Shown piece after piece: positions 37,771 through 47,967 of a stretch of DNA of 56,236 nucleotides. The position numbers and the translations under genes were made by a program. Source of the DNA: Gemmatimonadaceae bacterium (GTDB taxonomy: Bacteria > Gemmatimonadota > Gemmatimonadetes > Gemmatimonadales > Gemmatimonadaceae); contig JBBDYA010000135.1 in NCBI GenBank assembly GCA_040902005.1, forward strand, positions 1-56,236. The letters are read 5' to 3'. The notes beneath the pieces are model-generated. The model was not told the origin of the DNA. It saw nothing but the letters and a program-made list of their open reading frames with translations, and made no database searches. The stretch's first letter is position 1; every line of letters starts with the position of its first letter.

Positions 37771-37786
37771 CTCCCGCCTCCCGCGG

Positions 37787-38914
37787 TCACGCCCTGCGCG
37801 ATCGTCCCACGCTGACGTCCGCCAGGCGTGCGAGGTCCCGGTGGATGCGGCCCACACGCTCCACTTGTCCCTTGGCGGGAAACCGCAGGTAGAAGCCGTC
37901 GGTCTTGAAGGTCCGCATGACGCCGGTCCAGGGTGAGAGGCGCTGCTCCCACCGCTTGACGCGTCCGTCCGCCGGCTCCGCGTCTTCGTCAGCCAGGTCG
38001 GCGCAGACCCGCATCATCGCCTTGAGCACCACGCTGCTCGTCACGAAGTACGCCGGACTGCCCCACGCCTCGCCCCACACGCGCTCGGCGGCCTTGAGGA
38101 AATCGCGCACCACCGCGTAGAACCGCTCCGCGGCCCGCTGGTCGGTGCCGCGCGGCTCGATGCGCTTCCACTCGCGGGCGACCCACTTGTGCAGCTCGTT
38201 GAACAGCTCCGCCTGGAGGATCCACTTGGTCTGCTGGCTGCGTCCCCCCAGCCGGTTGATCCGGTAGCGCAGCGGGCTGTCAGTGGAGGAGTACAGCAGG
38301 TCCACGATGCGCGCGGCGAACTTCTTCTGCGGCTCCGCCCACGAAACGCGCTCGTAGAGGTCCACCAGGTGGCTCTTGTTGATGCGCGTGGGCGTGGCGT
38401 TGATGATCACGAACATCTCCGCGGCGAAGTCCTCGCTCTTGCCGTCGAAGATGACGCAGGGGACGTGAATGCTCGCCGCCTCCTCCGGCCGCTCGTTCAT
38501 GTAGAACCGGAGCGCGGCCAGGCGGTGCTGCCCGTCGATGATCAGGAAATGCCCCTGCGGCTCGTGCAGGCTGCCCACCCGCTCGTCGGCGCTCATCGGG
38601 CGGAACGTCAGCCGCTCATTGGTGAAGAGCAACACGCTCCCCGGGATGGGCGGCTGACTCACCGCGGTCTCGTAGAAGTTCTTGATCGAGCGCACCTTTG
38701 CCCTGGAGAGCTGGCGCTGGAAGGCCTTCTCGCTCTTCTCGATGCGGGCGATGAAGCTGCCGATCTCGTCGCCCTCCTCGGGGGCCTCCGGGGCGATCTG
38801 CTCGCCGTCGCCGTAGTACCGGCTGATGAACTGGACCTTCTCCAGCAGTTCGGCGGCCGGGTAGGCGACGAAGTAGTGGACGGAGTCCTTCTGGCGGACC
38901 TGGGTCGCAAGCAT
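37787..38914 (-). CDS. DGQHR-domain protein (ParB/DndB-like)
   Basis: FQRQLS, IPGSVLL, LIIDGQHRLAAL, EMFVIINAT. Start MLATQVRQ at 38914. Confidence 0.88.
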   Translation of the reverse strand: MLATQVRQKDSVHYFVAYPAAELLEKVQFISRYYGDGEQIAPEAPEEGDEIGSFIARIEKSEKAFQRQLSRAKVRSIKNFYETAVSQPPIPGSVLLFTNERLTFRPMSADERVGSLHEPQGHFLIIDGQHRLAALRFYMNERPEEAASIHVPCVIFDGKSEDFAAEMFVIINATPTRINKSHLVDLYERVSWAEPQKKFAARIVDLLYSSTDSPLRYRINRLGGRSQQTKWILQAELFNELHKWVAREWKRIEPRGTDQRAAERFYAVVRDFLKAAERVWGEAWGSPAYFVTSSVVLKAMMRVCADLADEDAEPADGRVKRWEQRLSPWTGVMRTFKTDGFYLRFPAKGQVERVGRIHRDLARLADVSVGRSRRA

Positions 38915-38996
38915 GAGTGAGCGTGTGCCCTGGGTAAGGAGTTTTCGCCGAAATCGTCGCCCGCCATTCTGTGGCAGCGCAGCCCTCCGGACAAGC

Positions 38997-39056
38997 CCGG
39001 GGACGCGGATTTTCCGGGGGACGCGGATTTCCCGGATTTCGCGGATTGCGCGGATG
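38997..39056 (+). repeat. CGGAT-core tandem array in the divergent DGQHR/yajQ promoter region
   Basis: GGGGACGCGGATTT x2, then CCCGGATT, TCGCGGATT, GCGCGGATG. Confidence 0.8.
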
Positions 39057-39084
39057 TGGGCACTGTAATGCAATATCTTGCGGC

Positions 39085-39585
39085 ATGGCCCAGACCTATT
39101 CATTCGACGTCACCACCGGCGTGGACCTCCAGGAAGTCGACAACGCCATGAACCAGGCGCAGAAGGAGATCGCGCAGCGCTACGACTTCAAGGGCTCGAA
39201 GGCCACCATCGACTTCAAGCGCGCGGAGGCCGTGCTCGCGCTGACCGCGGACAGCGAATTCCAGATGAAGTCCCTGTTCGACGTGCTCCAGGGCCGCCTC
39301 ATCAAGCGCGGCGTCTCGGTGAAGAACCTGGACATCGGCGACATCAAGCCCGCGAGCGGCGACACGGTCACCCGCGAGGTCAAGCTCAAGACGCAGCTCG
39401 ACACCGAGACCGCCAAGAAAGTGGCCGCCGCCATCAAGGCCGCGAAGCTCAAGAAGGTGCAGGCCGCCATCCAGGCCGAGCAGGTGCGCGTGTCCGCCCC
39501 CGCCAAGGACGACCTCCAGGCGGCGATCGCCCTGCTGCGCAGTGAAGACTTCGGCGTCGAGCTGAAGTTCGGCAATTACCGTTGA
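39085..39585 (+). CDS. yajQ: YajQ-family nucleotide/c-di-GMP-binding protein
   Basis: SFDV, QEVDNA, RYDFKGS, KVQAAIQ..VRVS, DDLQ, FGNYR. Confidence 0.93.
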   Translation: MAQTYSFDVTTGVDLQEVDNAMNQAQKEIAQRYDFKGSKATIDFKRAEAVLALTADSEFQMKSLFDVLQGRLIKRGVSVKNLDIGDIKPASGDTVTREVKLKTQLDTETAKKVAAAIKAAKLKKVQAAIQAEQVRVSAPAKDDLQAAIALLRSEDFGVELKFGNYR

Positions 39586-40985
39586 AAGTCACGGTTGTCA
39601 CGCTCGGCTGCGACAAGAACACGGTCGATTCGGAGCGCTATCTCGCTGATCTGGTGGACCGGGGCGCGGAGGTGGCCGTGAGCGCGGAGGACGCCGACGT
39701 CATCCTCGTGAACACCTGCGGCTTCATCGACGCCGCCAAGAAGGAGAGCATCGACGCCATCGTCGAAGCCGGCCGCCTGAAAGCGACCGGACGCGCACAG
39801 GCCGTGGTGGCCATCGGATGCATGGTGGAGCGCCACAAGCGCGAGCTGGCGGACGCGCTCCCCGAGGTGGACCTCTTCCTCGGCGCGAGTGAGATGGACC
39901 GCCTGGTACCGGAGCTGGTGGAGCGCGGCCTCATCGCCGACGCGCCGGTCGCCCACCCCGGCATCCGGCTGTTCTCCGGCGAGCTACCGCACGTGCGCTA
40001 CCTCAAGGTCAGTGAAGGGTGCGACCACGGGTGCGCCTTCTGCGCCATTCCGCTCATGCGCGGCCGGCACCGGTCGTTCACCGTGGACGACGTGGTGCGC
40101 GAGGCGCAGCTGCTGGAAGCGCAGGGCGCGCTCGAGGTGAACCTCGTCGCGCAGGATCTCGCGCACTACGGCCGCGATTTCCGGACGAGTGGCGCGGGCG
40201 AGTCGCTGCCGACGCTGCTCGAGGCGCTCGTGCGCGAGACGACCATCCCGTGGATCCGGATGCTCTACCTGTATTCCGCCGGGATCACGCCCAAGCTGCT
40301 CGAGCTGGTCGCCACGCAGCCGCGCGTGCTGCCGTATGTGGACATGCCCATGCAGCACGGGTCCGACGAGGTGCTCAAGCGCATGCGTCGCCCGGAGCGC
40401 AACGCCACGATCCGCGAGAAGGTGGGGCGTATCCGCGACGTGGTTCCCGACGTGGCGATTCGCACCACCTGCATCGTGGGCTTTCCCGGCGAGACCGACG
40501 CCGACTTCCAGACGCTGCTCGCATTGCTGGAGGACGTGCAATTCGACCGGGTGGGCGCGTTCACCTACTCGCCGCAGGAGGGCACCGCGGCGCACGCGCT
40601 GGCGGACGACGTGCCCGACGCGGTGAAGCGCGAGCGGCTCGAACGACTGGAGGAGCTCCAGCTCCTCATCACCGCGGACCGGTTCGAGCAGCGCGTGGGC
40701 CGGACGGTGCGCGCCCTCGTGGACCGCGTCCATGACGACGACACGGTGGAGGCGCGCACGATCTGGCAGGCGCACGACATCGACGGTACCACGCTCTGCA
40801 CGGTCGCGAACGCCGCGGCGCCGGTGCGGAGCGGCACGCTCATGGACGTGCGGATCGACTCCGTGGCGGACGACGTGGATCTCCGGGCAACCCTGGTGCG
40901 CACGATCGCCACGCCGGCCACCAGGCCCGCGCCGTCCCGTGCGCGAATGCTGCCGCTGGCGAGCACCGGATCCTGGGGCAGGTGA
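39582..40985 (+). CDS. rimO: Ribosomal protein S12 methylthiotransferase RimO
   Basis: TLGCDKNTVDSE, NTCGFI, GCMVER, radical SAM CDHGCAFC, TRAM-like C-terminus. Confidence 0.93.
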   Translation: MKVTVVTLGCDKNTVDSERYLADLVDRGAEVAVSAEDADVILVNTCGFIDAAKKESIDAIVEAGRLKATGRAQAVVAIGCMVERHKRELADALPEVDLFLGASEMDRLVPELVERGLIADAPVAHPGIRLFSGELPHVRYLKVSEGCDHGCAFCAIPLMRGRHRSFTVDDVVREAQLLEAQGALEVNLVAQDLAHYGRDFRTSGAGESLPTLLEALVRETTIPWIRMLYLYSAGITPKLLELVATQPRVLPYVDMPMQHGSDEVLKRMRRPERNATIREKVGRIRDVVPDVAIRTTCIVGFPGETDADFQTLLALLEDVQFDRVGAFTYSPQEGTAAHALADDVPDAVKRERLERLEELQLLITADRFEQRVGRTVRALVDRVHDDDTVEARTIWQAHDIDGTTLCTVANAAAPVRSGTLMDVRIDSVADDVDLRATLVRTIATPATRPAPSRARMLPLASTGSWGR

Positions 40986-42233
40986 GACGCGCGGCGCTCG
41001 CGGTCGCACTCGTGCTGGCGGCGTGCTCCACGCGCGCGCCCAGCCGCGTGGTGGAGACGCCGCCGCGTGACGCCGATCCGTCCACGGATCGCGTCGTCCG
41101 GGTTGCCCTCGTGACGCCGTCCCCGCGCGTGGGCGCCACGAGCGAGTTCACGTGGCTGGACGTCGCGGGGCGCGCGACCGTCGCGCGCGGGCGAGCGGGC
41201 GAGCAGTGGGGCCTGGAGCTGAACGGCGCACGCACGCGGGTGCGGGCCATCCGCGCCGACGGCGTGGCCACCGAATGGCGGGGGGGCCCGCGTCGCGGGG
41301 GCCGCCCGCGACGGCTATGTGGCGGTGAATGGCAGGCGCTACCGCGGCGACCTCCTGGTGACGATCGCGGAGGGAGCGCTGCTGGTGGTCAACCGCGTGG
41401 GGCTGGAGGACTACCTTCGGGGCGTCGTTGCCGCGGAAATGGGCCCGCGCCCCCGCGGTGACGCCGCGGCGCTGGAGGCGCAGGCGGTGGCGTCGCGCAG
41501 CTTCGTGCGCGTGCGCCTGGGTGACAGCCGCGGGCGCGCCTTCGACGTGCGCGCGTCAACGGCGGATCAGGCCTACGGCGGGCTCGAGGCCGAGAACGCG
41601 GGCGCGAACCAGGCCGTGCAGGCCACGCGCGGGCTGGTCCTCGTGCACAACGGCCGGGTGGCCGACGCGCTGTACTCCTCCACCTGCGGCGGCACGACGG
41701 CCGAGGCCAACGAGATCTGGCGCACGCCGGGGGCGGAGTACCTCCAGCGCGTGAGCGACCGGATGGGGAATTCCGACCGCTACTATTGCGACATCTCCCC
41801 GCGGTACCGCTGGACGCGCGAGCTGCAGGGCGCCGAGCTGAATGAATCGCTGGCGCGCTACCTTGCGCAATACAGCGCGGTACCGGGTGGACAGCCGGGC
41901 ACCGCGCGTGGACTCCACGTGCGGACCAACACGGCCTCGGGGCGCGTGGGGGTGCTGGATGTGGAAACCGACCGCGGCACGTTCCCCGTGCGCGGCAACG
42001 ACATCCGGTACGTGCTGCGCGCGCCGGGTGGCGAGATGCTCAGCAGCACCTATTTTTCCGTCGAGGCGCAGCACCAGGCGGGACATCTTTCCCGGGTGAC
42101 GCTGCGGGGGCAGGGCTACGGTCACGGCGTCGGCATGTGTCAGTGGGGTGCCATCGGCCGGGCGCGCGCGGGACAGTCCTTTCGAACGATACTCGGCACC
42201 TACTACCCGGGGACAACCGTTGGCACAGTCTGA
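40982..42233 (+). pseudogene. SpoIID/LytB-domain lipoprotein, split by a frameshift near 41280-41300
   Basis: Lipobox LAAC in the 40982 frame. NGRRYRG, LEDYLRGVVAAEM, AQAVASR, YSSTCGG, GYGHGVGMCQWGA in the next frame. G-runs lie at the junction, so this may be an assembly error. Confidence 0.75.
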
Positions 42234-43227
42234 GGTGCGGATCGGCCTGATCGGCGTGGGCGCGGTACCGCAGACGGCGCACCTGCCCATCCTGTCGAAG
42301 ATGCGCGGCGCCCGCCTGGTGGCGCTGTGCGACAACGACGGCGCCAAGGCGCGCTCGCTCGGGCAGCGCTTCGGCGCGCCGAGCGTGTTCACCGACATCG
42401 ACGAGATGATCGAGCTCGAACAGCTCGACGCGGTGATCGTCGCCACGCCCAACCACCTGCACGAGCCGCACGTGCTGGCCGCGCTGCGGTCCAAAGTGCA
42501 CGTGCTGTGCGGCCGTCCGCTCGCGCTTTCGGTGCGCGGCGTGGAACGCATCCTGTCGGCGGCGGAGAAGGCCGGCAGCATGGTGCAGGTGGACAATCAC
42601 AACCGCTTTCGCGCGGATACGCAGAACCTCGAGCGGTTCCTCACCGGCGGGGAGCTCGGCAAGCTGGCGGGGATCCGCGCGGGCTCGTACCACGTGCCGC
42701 GCACCCGGGCGGACTGGCGCACGCGCCGCGCCGAGGCGGGGGGCGGCGCCTTCATGGAGCTGGGGTACCCGCTGCTGGACCTGGCGCTCTGGTTCGCGGA
42801 TTTCCCCGCGCCGGTGCGCGTGGTGGCCATGATGGAGCGGGGGCGGGGCGCGTCGGCGGTCGAAGACTCGATGCTCGTGCAGCTCGAATGTGCCGGCGGG
42901 ATCAGCTTCGCCTTCGACGTGAACTGGAACTACGTCGGCGCGGACGATCGCTTCTGGTTCGAGGTGCTGGCCACGAAGGGCAGTGGCCGCCTCGGACCGC
43001 TGCGCGTGACCAAGGACCTGAACGGGCGGGCGATGGACGTGTCGCCGGCCGGCGCGACGGCGCGCGAGAGTGCCTTCTATCAATCGTATCGCGCCCAGCT
43101 TGCGCACTTCATCGCGGTGGTCCGCGGCGACGCGAAATACGAACCGCCGCACGACCAGATCGTGGTGCACAAGGTGCTCGAAGCGATCTACCGGAGCGCG
43201 GACGAAGGGAAAGAAGTCCGGTTGTGA
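42220..43227 (+). CDS. Gfo/Idh/MocA oxidoreductase
   Basis: RIGLIGVG, DAVIVATPNHLH, GGGAFMELG. TTG start overlapping the spoIID end. Confidence 0.9.
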   Translation: MAQSEVRIGLIGVGAVPQTAHLPILSKMRGARLVALCDNDGAKARSLGQRFGAPSVFTDIDEMIELEQLDAVIVATPNHLHEPHVLAALRSKVHVLCGRPLALSVRGVERILSAAEKAGSMVQVDNHNRFRADTQNLERFLTGGELGKLAGIRAGSYHVPRTRADWRTRRAEAGGGAFMELGYPLLDLALWFADFPAPVRVVAMMERGRGASAVEDSMLVQLECAGGISFAFDVNWNYVGADDRFWFEVLATKGSGRLGPLRVTKDLNGRAMDVSPAGATARESAFYQSYRAQLAHFIAVVRGDAKYEPPHDQIVVHKVLEAIYRSADEGKEVRL

Positions 43228-44474
43228 GAACGGCGATCGCGATCGGGCGGTGGGCGCTTGCCCTTGGGGTGTGGGCGCCGGCCTCGACGCTCGCGGCCCA
43301 GAGCCCGCAACTCCAGGTGTACCTCGTCACCATCGGCCAGGGCGAGTACGTCTGGGAAAAGTTCGGGCACAACGCGCTCTGGTTCGTGGATCCCGGTGCC
43401 GGCGTGGACATCGCCTACAACTGGGGCATGTTCGACTTCAACCAGCCGCAGTTCCTCCAGCGATTCCTCACGGGCGACACCCGGTACTGGGTGGAGGCGT
43501 ACCCCGGGCAGGCGCTGGTGGATCACTACCAGCGCACCAATCGCACCATCACGCTCCAGCGGCTGAACTTCACCCCCGACCAGGCGCGCCGCGCGTATCA
43601 GTTCTCGCAGTGGAATGCGCGCGAGGAGAACAAGTACTACCGGTACGACTATTTCCGGGACAACTGCTCCACGCGCCTGCGCGACGTGATCGACCTGGCC
43701 ACCGGGGGCGCCTTTCGGACGGCCGCGCGGCGCATGCCGGTTCCGCATTCCTTTCGGTCGGAGAGTCTGCGCCTGGTGGACGACCTGCCGTTCACGCAGT
43801 TCGGGATCGATCTCGCGCTGGGCAGGCCGGCGGACCGCGAGATCACCCTGTGGGACGCCATGTTCGTCCCCATGCGCATGCGCGACGCCGTACGGCTGGT
43901 GCAGATCCCGCGCGGGAACGTGACCGTGCCGCTGGTGGCGCAGGAGCGCGTGGTGTTCGAGGGCACCGCGCACGTGGAGCGCACCAGCGCGCCCGCGCTC
44001 TGGCTGCCGTACCTGCTGATCGGCCTGCTCCTCGCCGCCGAACTGTTCTCGGTGGGGCACGTGGGCGCGCGCTCGCGCGTGGTGGACGTCATCTACCGGA
44101 CGGAGGTCGCGCTCTGGGCATTCGTGACCGGCCTGCTCGGACTCATCCTGCTGCTCGCCTGGGCCGGCACGCAGCACGTGTTCTGGTTCCGCAACGAGAA
44201 CCTGCTGCTGGCGAATCCGCTGTCGCTCTTTCTCGCGCTCGCCGCGCTGCTGTCCGTCTGGAAGCCGCGCTTTGCCCGGGGCGCCTCTGCCGCCGCCATC
44301 GTGATCGCCGCGCTGGGCGTGGTCGCGCTGGCGCTCAAGGTGATCCCGGGTTCGCCCCAGGACAATCTCCCGGTCATCCTGCTGCTGCTGCCCCCGCACG
44401 TGGCCATAGCGGCGGGACTCTGGCAGCGCCGAACGGACGCGCGCGCCGTCGCCGCCACGAGCGCGCAGCCGTGA
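43224..44474 (+). CDS. DUF4105-domain membrane protein (Lnb-like)
   Basis: FGHNAL, YNWGMFDF, YRYDYFRDNCSTRLRD, four C-terminal TMs. GTGA overlap. Confidence 0.82.
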   Translation: MRTAIAIGRWALALGVWAPASTLAAQSPQLQVYLVTIGQGEYVWEKFGHNALWFVDPGAGVDIAYNWGMFDFNQPQFLQRFLTGDTRYWVEAYPGQALVDHYQRTNRTITLQRLNFTPDQARRAYQFSQWNAREENKYYRYDYFRDNCSTRLRDVIDLATGGAFRTAARRMPVPHSFRSESLRLVDDLPFTQFGIDLALGRPADREITLWDAMFVPMRMRDAVRLVQIPRGNVTVPLVAQERVVFEGTAHVERTSAPALWLPYLLIGLLLAAELFSVGHVGARSRVVDVIYRTEVALWAFVTGLLGLILLLAWAGTQHVFWFRNENLLLANPLSLFLALAALLSVWKPRFARGASAAAIVIAALGVVALALKVIPGSPQDNLPVILLLLPPHVAIAAGLWQRRTDARAVAATSAQP

Positions 44475-46363
44475 GTCTCTGGATCGGCGTGGACGTTGGC
44501 GGCACGTACACCGATCTCGTCGCGATCGATGCGAAGGGACGCGTGGACACGCGCAAGGTCTTGAGCACGCCCGCGGATCAGAGCGAGGGAGTGCTGGGCG
44601 CGCTGCGCGCCCTGGGTCGCCCCGACGTCGACCGGTTCGTCCACGGCACCACCGTGGCCACGAACATGCTGCTGGAGCGCAAGGGCGCCCGCGTGGCGTT
44701 CTGCGTCACGGCGGGCTTCACGGACCTGCTGCTGCTGCGGCGCCAGAACCGCGTATCGCTGTACGACCTCACAGCGCATCATCCGGCGCCGCTGGCCACG
44801 AGCGAGATGACGGTCGCCGTTCCGGAGCGCATCGAGCCGCAGGGCGTCACGCGTCCGCTCACGGCGGACACGGCGCGCCACGTGGCCGAGCGGGTGGCCG
44901 CGCTCGAGCCGGACATCGTCGCGGTGCTGCTGCTGCACGCGTACCGCGATCCCACGCACGAACGGCTGCTGCGCGACGCAATCCGCGAGCGGCTGCCCGC
45001 CGTGGACGTGGTCCTCTCGTCGGACGTCTTTCCGGAGGTGCGCGAGTACGAGCGCGCCTCGACCACCGTGGCGGAGGCGTACCTGCGCCCGGGCGTGGGG
45101 ACCTATCTGCGCAACCTGGCGTACCGGCTGATGAATCGTCCCACGGACCGGCCGAACGTGCTGGGCGTCATGACCTCCAGTGGCGGCATGCGATCGGTGG
45201 ACGAGGCGTCGCGAAGCGCGGCGTCGCTCGCGCTCTCCGGGCCAGCCGGCGGCGTGGTGGGCGCGGCGGCGATCGCGCGCGAACTGAAGGTCGCGCGGGC
45301 GCTCACCATCGACATCGGCGGTACGAGCGCGGACGTGGGCCTCATCCTGGACGGCGAGCCGCTGGTGGAGCAGGGCGGCGTCATCGCCAACGCGCCGATC
45401 TCCATGCCACGCGTGCTGGTGGAGACAGTGTCCGCGGGCGGCGGCAGCATCGCCTGGGTGGATGACGGCGGCGCGCTGCGTGTGGGTCCCCACAGCGCGG
45501 GCGCGGTGCCCGGTCCCGTGGCGTTCGCGCGCGGGGGCGCGGCACCCACCGTCACCGACGCGCACGTGGCGCTCCGGCGCATCACCGGGTCCACGTTGAG
45601 CGGCGGCATTTCGCTGAACGCGAAGGCGGCGCGCGCCAGCATCGCGGCGCTGGCGGCGCGCCTGGGCGGGGGCGAGAGCGAGGCGCGCACCGCGCGCGCG
45701 ATCGTCGCCACCGCAGACGCGTCCATGGCACGCGCGCTGCGCCGCGTGAGCGTGGAGCGGGGCATCGACCCGCGCGACTGCACGCTCATCGCGTTCGGCG
45801 GCGGCGGCCCGCTGCACGCGTGCGGCCTGGCCACCGCGCTCGGCATCACCCGCGTGATCGTCCCGCCGCACGCGGGCGTATTGAGCGCACTGGGCCTCGC
45901 ACTCACGTCGGAACGCCGCGAGACGATGGCGAGCGTGATGCAGCGGCTGAACGACTGGGGAGACAAGGAGCGCGGCCAGCTGATCGGCGGCATGTCGTCG
46001 TCCCTGCCGTCCGAGCTGAACCGGCGCAACGCGTTCCTGCGGATGCGGTACGTGGGGCAGGGGCACGAGCTGGACGTGCCCGTCGTTCCCAGGCAGCCGC
46101 GCGAGGCGCTGGCGAAGTCGTTCGCCGCGCTGCACCAGGCGCGCTACGGTTTCACGCTGGTCCAACCGGTGGAAGTGGTGAGTGCACGGCTGGTCGCGGA
46201 GCTGCCGGGGCGGTCGGTGAAGCTCCAGCGCGCGCCCGGACGCGCGCCGAAGCGCGTGAAGGGCCCCGTGTCACTCGCGCTGCCCGATGCCACGCTCTGG
46301 GTGGAGAAGGGGTGGCACGCGCGCCCCGTGCGGTTCGGCGCCTGGATCATGGAGCGAAAATGA
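44471..46363 (+). CDS. Hydantoinase A/5-oxoprolinase subunit
   Basis: GVDVGGTYTD, HGTTVATN, SGPAGG, DIGGTSAD, AGGGS, SAGAVPGP, FGGGGPLH. Confidence 0.93.
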   Translation: MSLWIGVDVGGTYTDLVAIDAKGRVDTRKVLSTPADQSEGVLGALRALGRPDVDRFVHGTTVATNMLLERKGARVAFCVTAGFTDLLLLRRQNRVSLYDLTAHHPAPLATSEMTVAVPERIEPQGVTRPLTADTARHVAERVAALEPDIVAVLLLHAYRDPTHERLLRDAIRERLPAVDVVLSSDVFPEVREYERASTTVAEAYLRPGVGTYLRNLAYRLMNRPTDRPNVLGVMTSSGGMRSVDEASRSAASLALSGPAGGVVGAAAIARELKVARALTIDIGGTSADVGLILDGEPLVEQGGVIANAPISMPRVLVETVSAGGGSIAWVDDGGALRVGPHSAGAVPGPVAFARGGAAPTVTDAHVALRRITGSTLSGGISLNAKAARASIAALAARLGGGESEARTARAIVATADASMARALRRVSVERGIDPRDCTLIAFGGGGPLHACGLATALGITRVIVPPHAGVLSALGLALTSERRETMASVMQRLNDWGDKERGQLIGGMSSSLPSELNRRNAFLRMRYVGQGHELDVPVVPRQPREALAKSFAALHQARYGFTLVQPVEVVSARLVAELPGRSVKLQRAPGRAPKRVKGPVSLALPDATLWVEKGWHARPVRFGAWIMERK

Positions 46364-47913
46364 GTTCGACCAAGTTCGATGCCCTGGAGCTCACCGTCAT
46401 GTCCAACGCCTTCGCCATGGTGGCGGAGGAGATGGGCACCGTGCTGGTGCGCGGCGCCCTGTCGCCGAACATCCGGGAGCGGCGCGATGCGTCATCCGCG
46501 CTCTTCGACGGCGACGGGCGCATGGTGGCGCAGGCCGCGCACATCCCGGTGCACCTGGGCGCCATGCCCGAGAGCGTGCGTGCCGTGCGGGCGTGCGGGC
46601 CGCGGCCGGGCGACGTGTTCCTCCTCAACGACCCGTACGACGGAGGGTCGCACCTGCCGGATCTCACACTCGTGCAGGCGATCGCCGTGAAGAAGAAGAT
46701 CGTGGGCTACGCCGCCGTCCGCGCGCACCATGCGGACGTGGGCGGCATGTCTCCCGGCTCCATGCCGCAGGGCGCCACGGAGCTGGTGCAGGAGGGGCTC
46801 GTGCTCCCGCCGGTGCGCCTGGTGAAGCAGGGAGTGCTGGACGACGAGCTGCTGCGCCTGGTGCTCGCGAACGTGCGCACGCCGGACGAGCGCCGCGGCG
46901 ACCTGCGCGCGCAACTGGCGGCGTGCGGCGCCGGCGCGGCCGGCTGGCTCGAGCTGCTGGAGCAGGAGGGCGAACCGCGCGTCCGCGCCGCGGTGGACGC
47001 CGTGCTGGCGTACACCGAGCGACGCGCGCGCCAGCGCATCGCCGCCCTGGGGAACCTTCGCGGCACCGCGCGCGACGCGTTGGAGGGCGACGGCATGACC
47101 GACGCCGACGTCCCGGTCGTTGTCGCGCTCAGCGTGGAAAAGGGGGGGGGACGGCTGCGCGTGGACTTCACCGGCAGTTCGCCCCTGGTGCCCGGGAACG
47201 TCAACTGCCCGGCGAGCGTCACCCGCGCCGCCGCAGTGTTCGTCCTGCGCTCCCTGATGCACGACGACATCCCCACGAACGACGGCATCGCGCGCGCGCT
47301 CGACCTCGTGATCCCGGCGGACTGCGCGCTGAACGCCATTTGGCCGGCGGCGGTGGCGGCCGGCAACGTGGAGATGTCCCAGCGGATCGCCGACACGATC
47401 TTCGCCGCGCTCGCGAATGCCGGCGTGGACGTGCCGGCCCAGGGGCAGGGCACGATGAACAACATCACGTTCGGCGCGCGCGGGTGGACCTTCTACGAGA
47501 CACTCGGCGGGGGACAGGGTGCCAGCGCGCGCGGCCCCGGCCCCAGTGGCGTGCACGTGGGGATGTCCAACACGCTCAACACGCCTGTGGAGGCGCTGGA
47601 GAACGCGTATCCGCTGCGGGTGGACGAGTACGCGTTGCGACGCGGGTCCGGTGGCGCCGGGACGCATGCGGGGGGCGACGGTGTGCGCCGCGTCTATCGC
47701 GCGCTCGAGACCTGCACCGTGACGCTCCTCACGGAGCGCCGGCGGCTGGCGCCGCATGGTTCACAGGGTGGACGAAACGGCTTGCCCGGACACAACACCC
47801 TGGATGGCCGCGAATTGCCGGCGAAGTGCAGGGTCACCATCGACGCCGGGCACGTGCTCAGCGTGGAGACGCCGGGCGGCGGAGGCTGGGGTGGGGGGGA
47901 GAGCTCGACTTGA
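46360..47913 (+). CDS. Hydantoinase B/5-oxoprolinase subunit
   Basis: SPNIRERRDAS, IPVHLG, NDPYDGGSHLPD, HHADVGG, QGTMNN, TPGGGGWG. Confidence 0.95.
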   Translation: MSSTKFDALELTVMSNAFAMVAEEMGTVLVRGALSPNIRERRDASSALFDGDGRMVAQAAHIPVHLGAMPESVRAVRACGPRPGDVFLLNDPYDGGSHLPDLTLVQAIAVKKKIVGYAAVRAHHADVGGMSPGSMPQGATELVQEGLVLPPVRLVKQGVLDDELLRLVLANVRTPDERRGDLRAQLAACGAGAAGWLELLEQEGEPRVRAAVDAVLAYTERRARQRIAALGNLRGTARDALEGDGMTDADVPVVVALSVEKGGGRLRVDFTGSSPLVPGNVNCPASVTRAAAVFVLRSLMHDDIPTNDGIARALDLVIPADCALNAIWPAAVAAGNVEMSQRIADTIFAALANAGVDVPAQGQGTMNNITFGARGWTFYETLGGGQGASARGPGPSGVHVGMSNTLNTPVEALENAYPLRVDEYALRRGSGGAGTHAGGDGVRRVYRALETCTVTLLTERRRLAPHGSQGGRNGLPGHNTLDGRELPAKCRVTIDAGHVLSVETPGGGGWGGGESST

Positions 47914-47967
47914 TCCCGCGCGTCGTCCGCTGCACCTTCACGTTCCCGAGCGACAGGATTGCACGGC

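Noticed and set aside
37226..37786. tRNA, tmRNA, SRP, RNase P or 6S RNA gene
   Set aside because: No T-loop/CCA, SRP or RNase P signature was recognised, so the region is reported as hairpin repeats instead.
1191..38914. DNA phosphorothioation system (IscS + DGQHR + PP-loop proteins)
   Set aside because: The genes are tens of kb apart, IscS is coupled to mnmA, and no DndC/D/E or Ssp homologues were seen.
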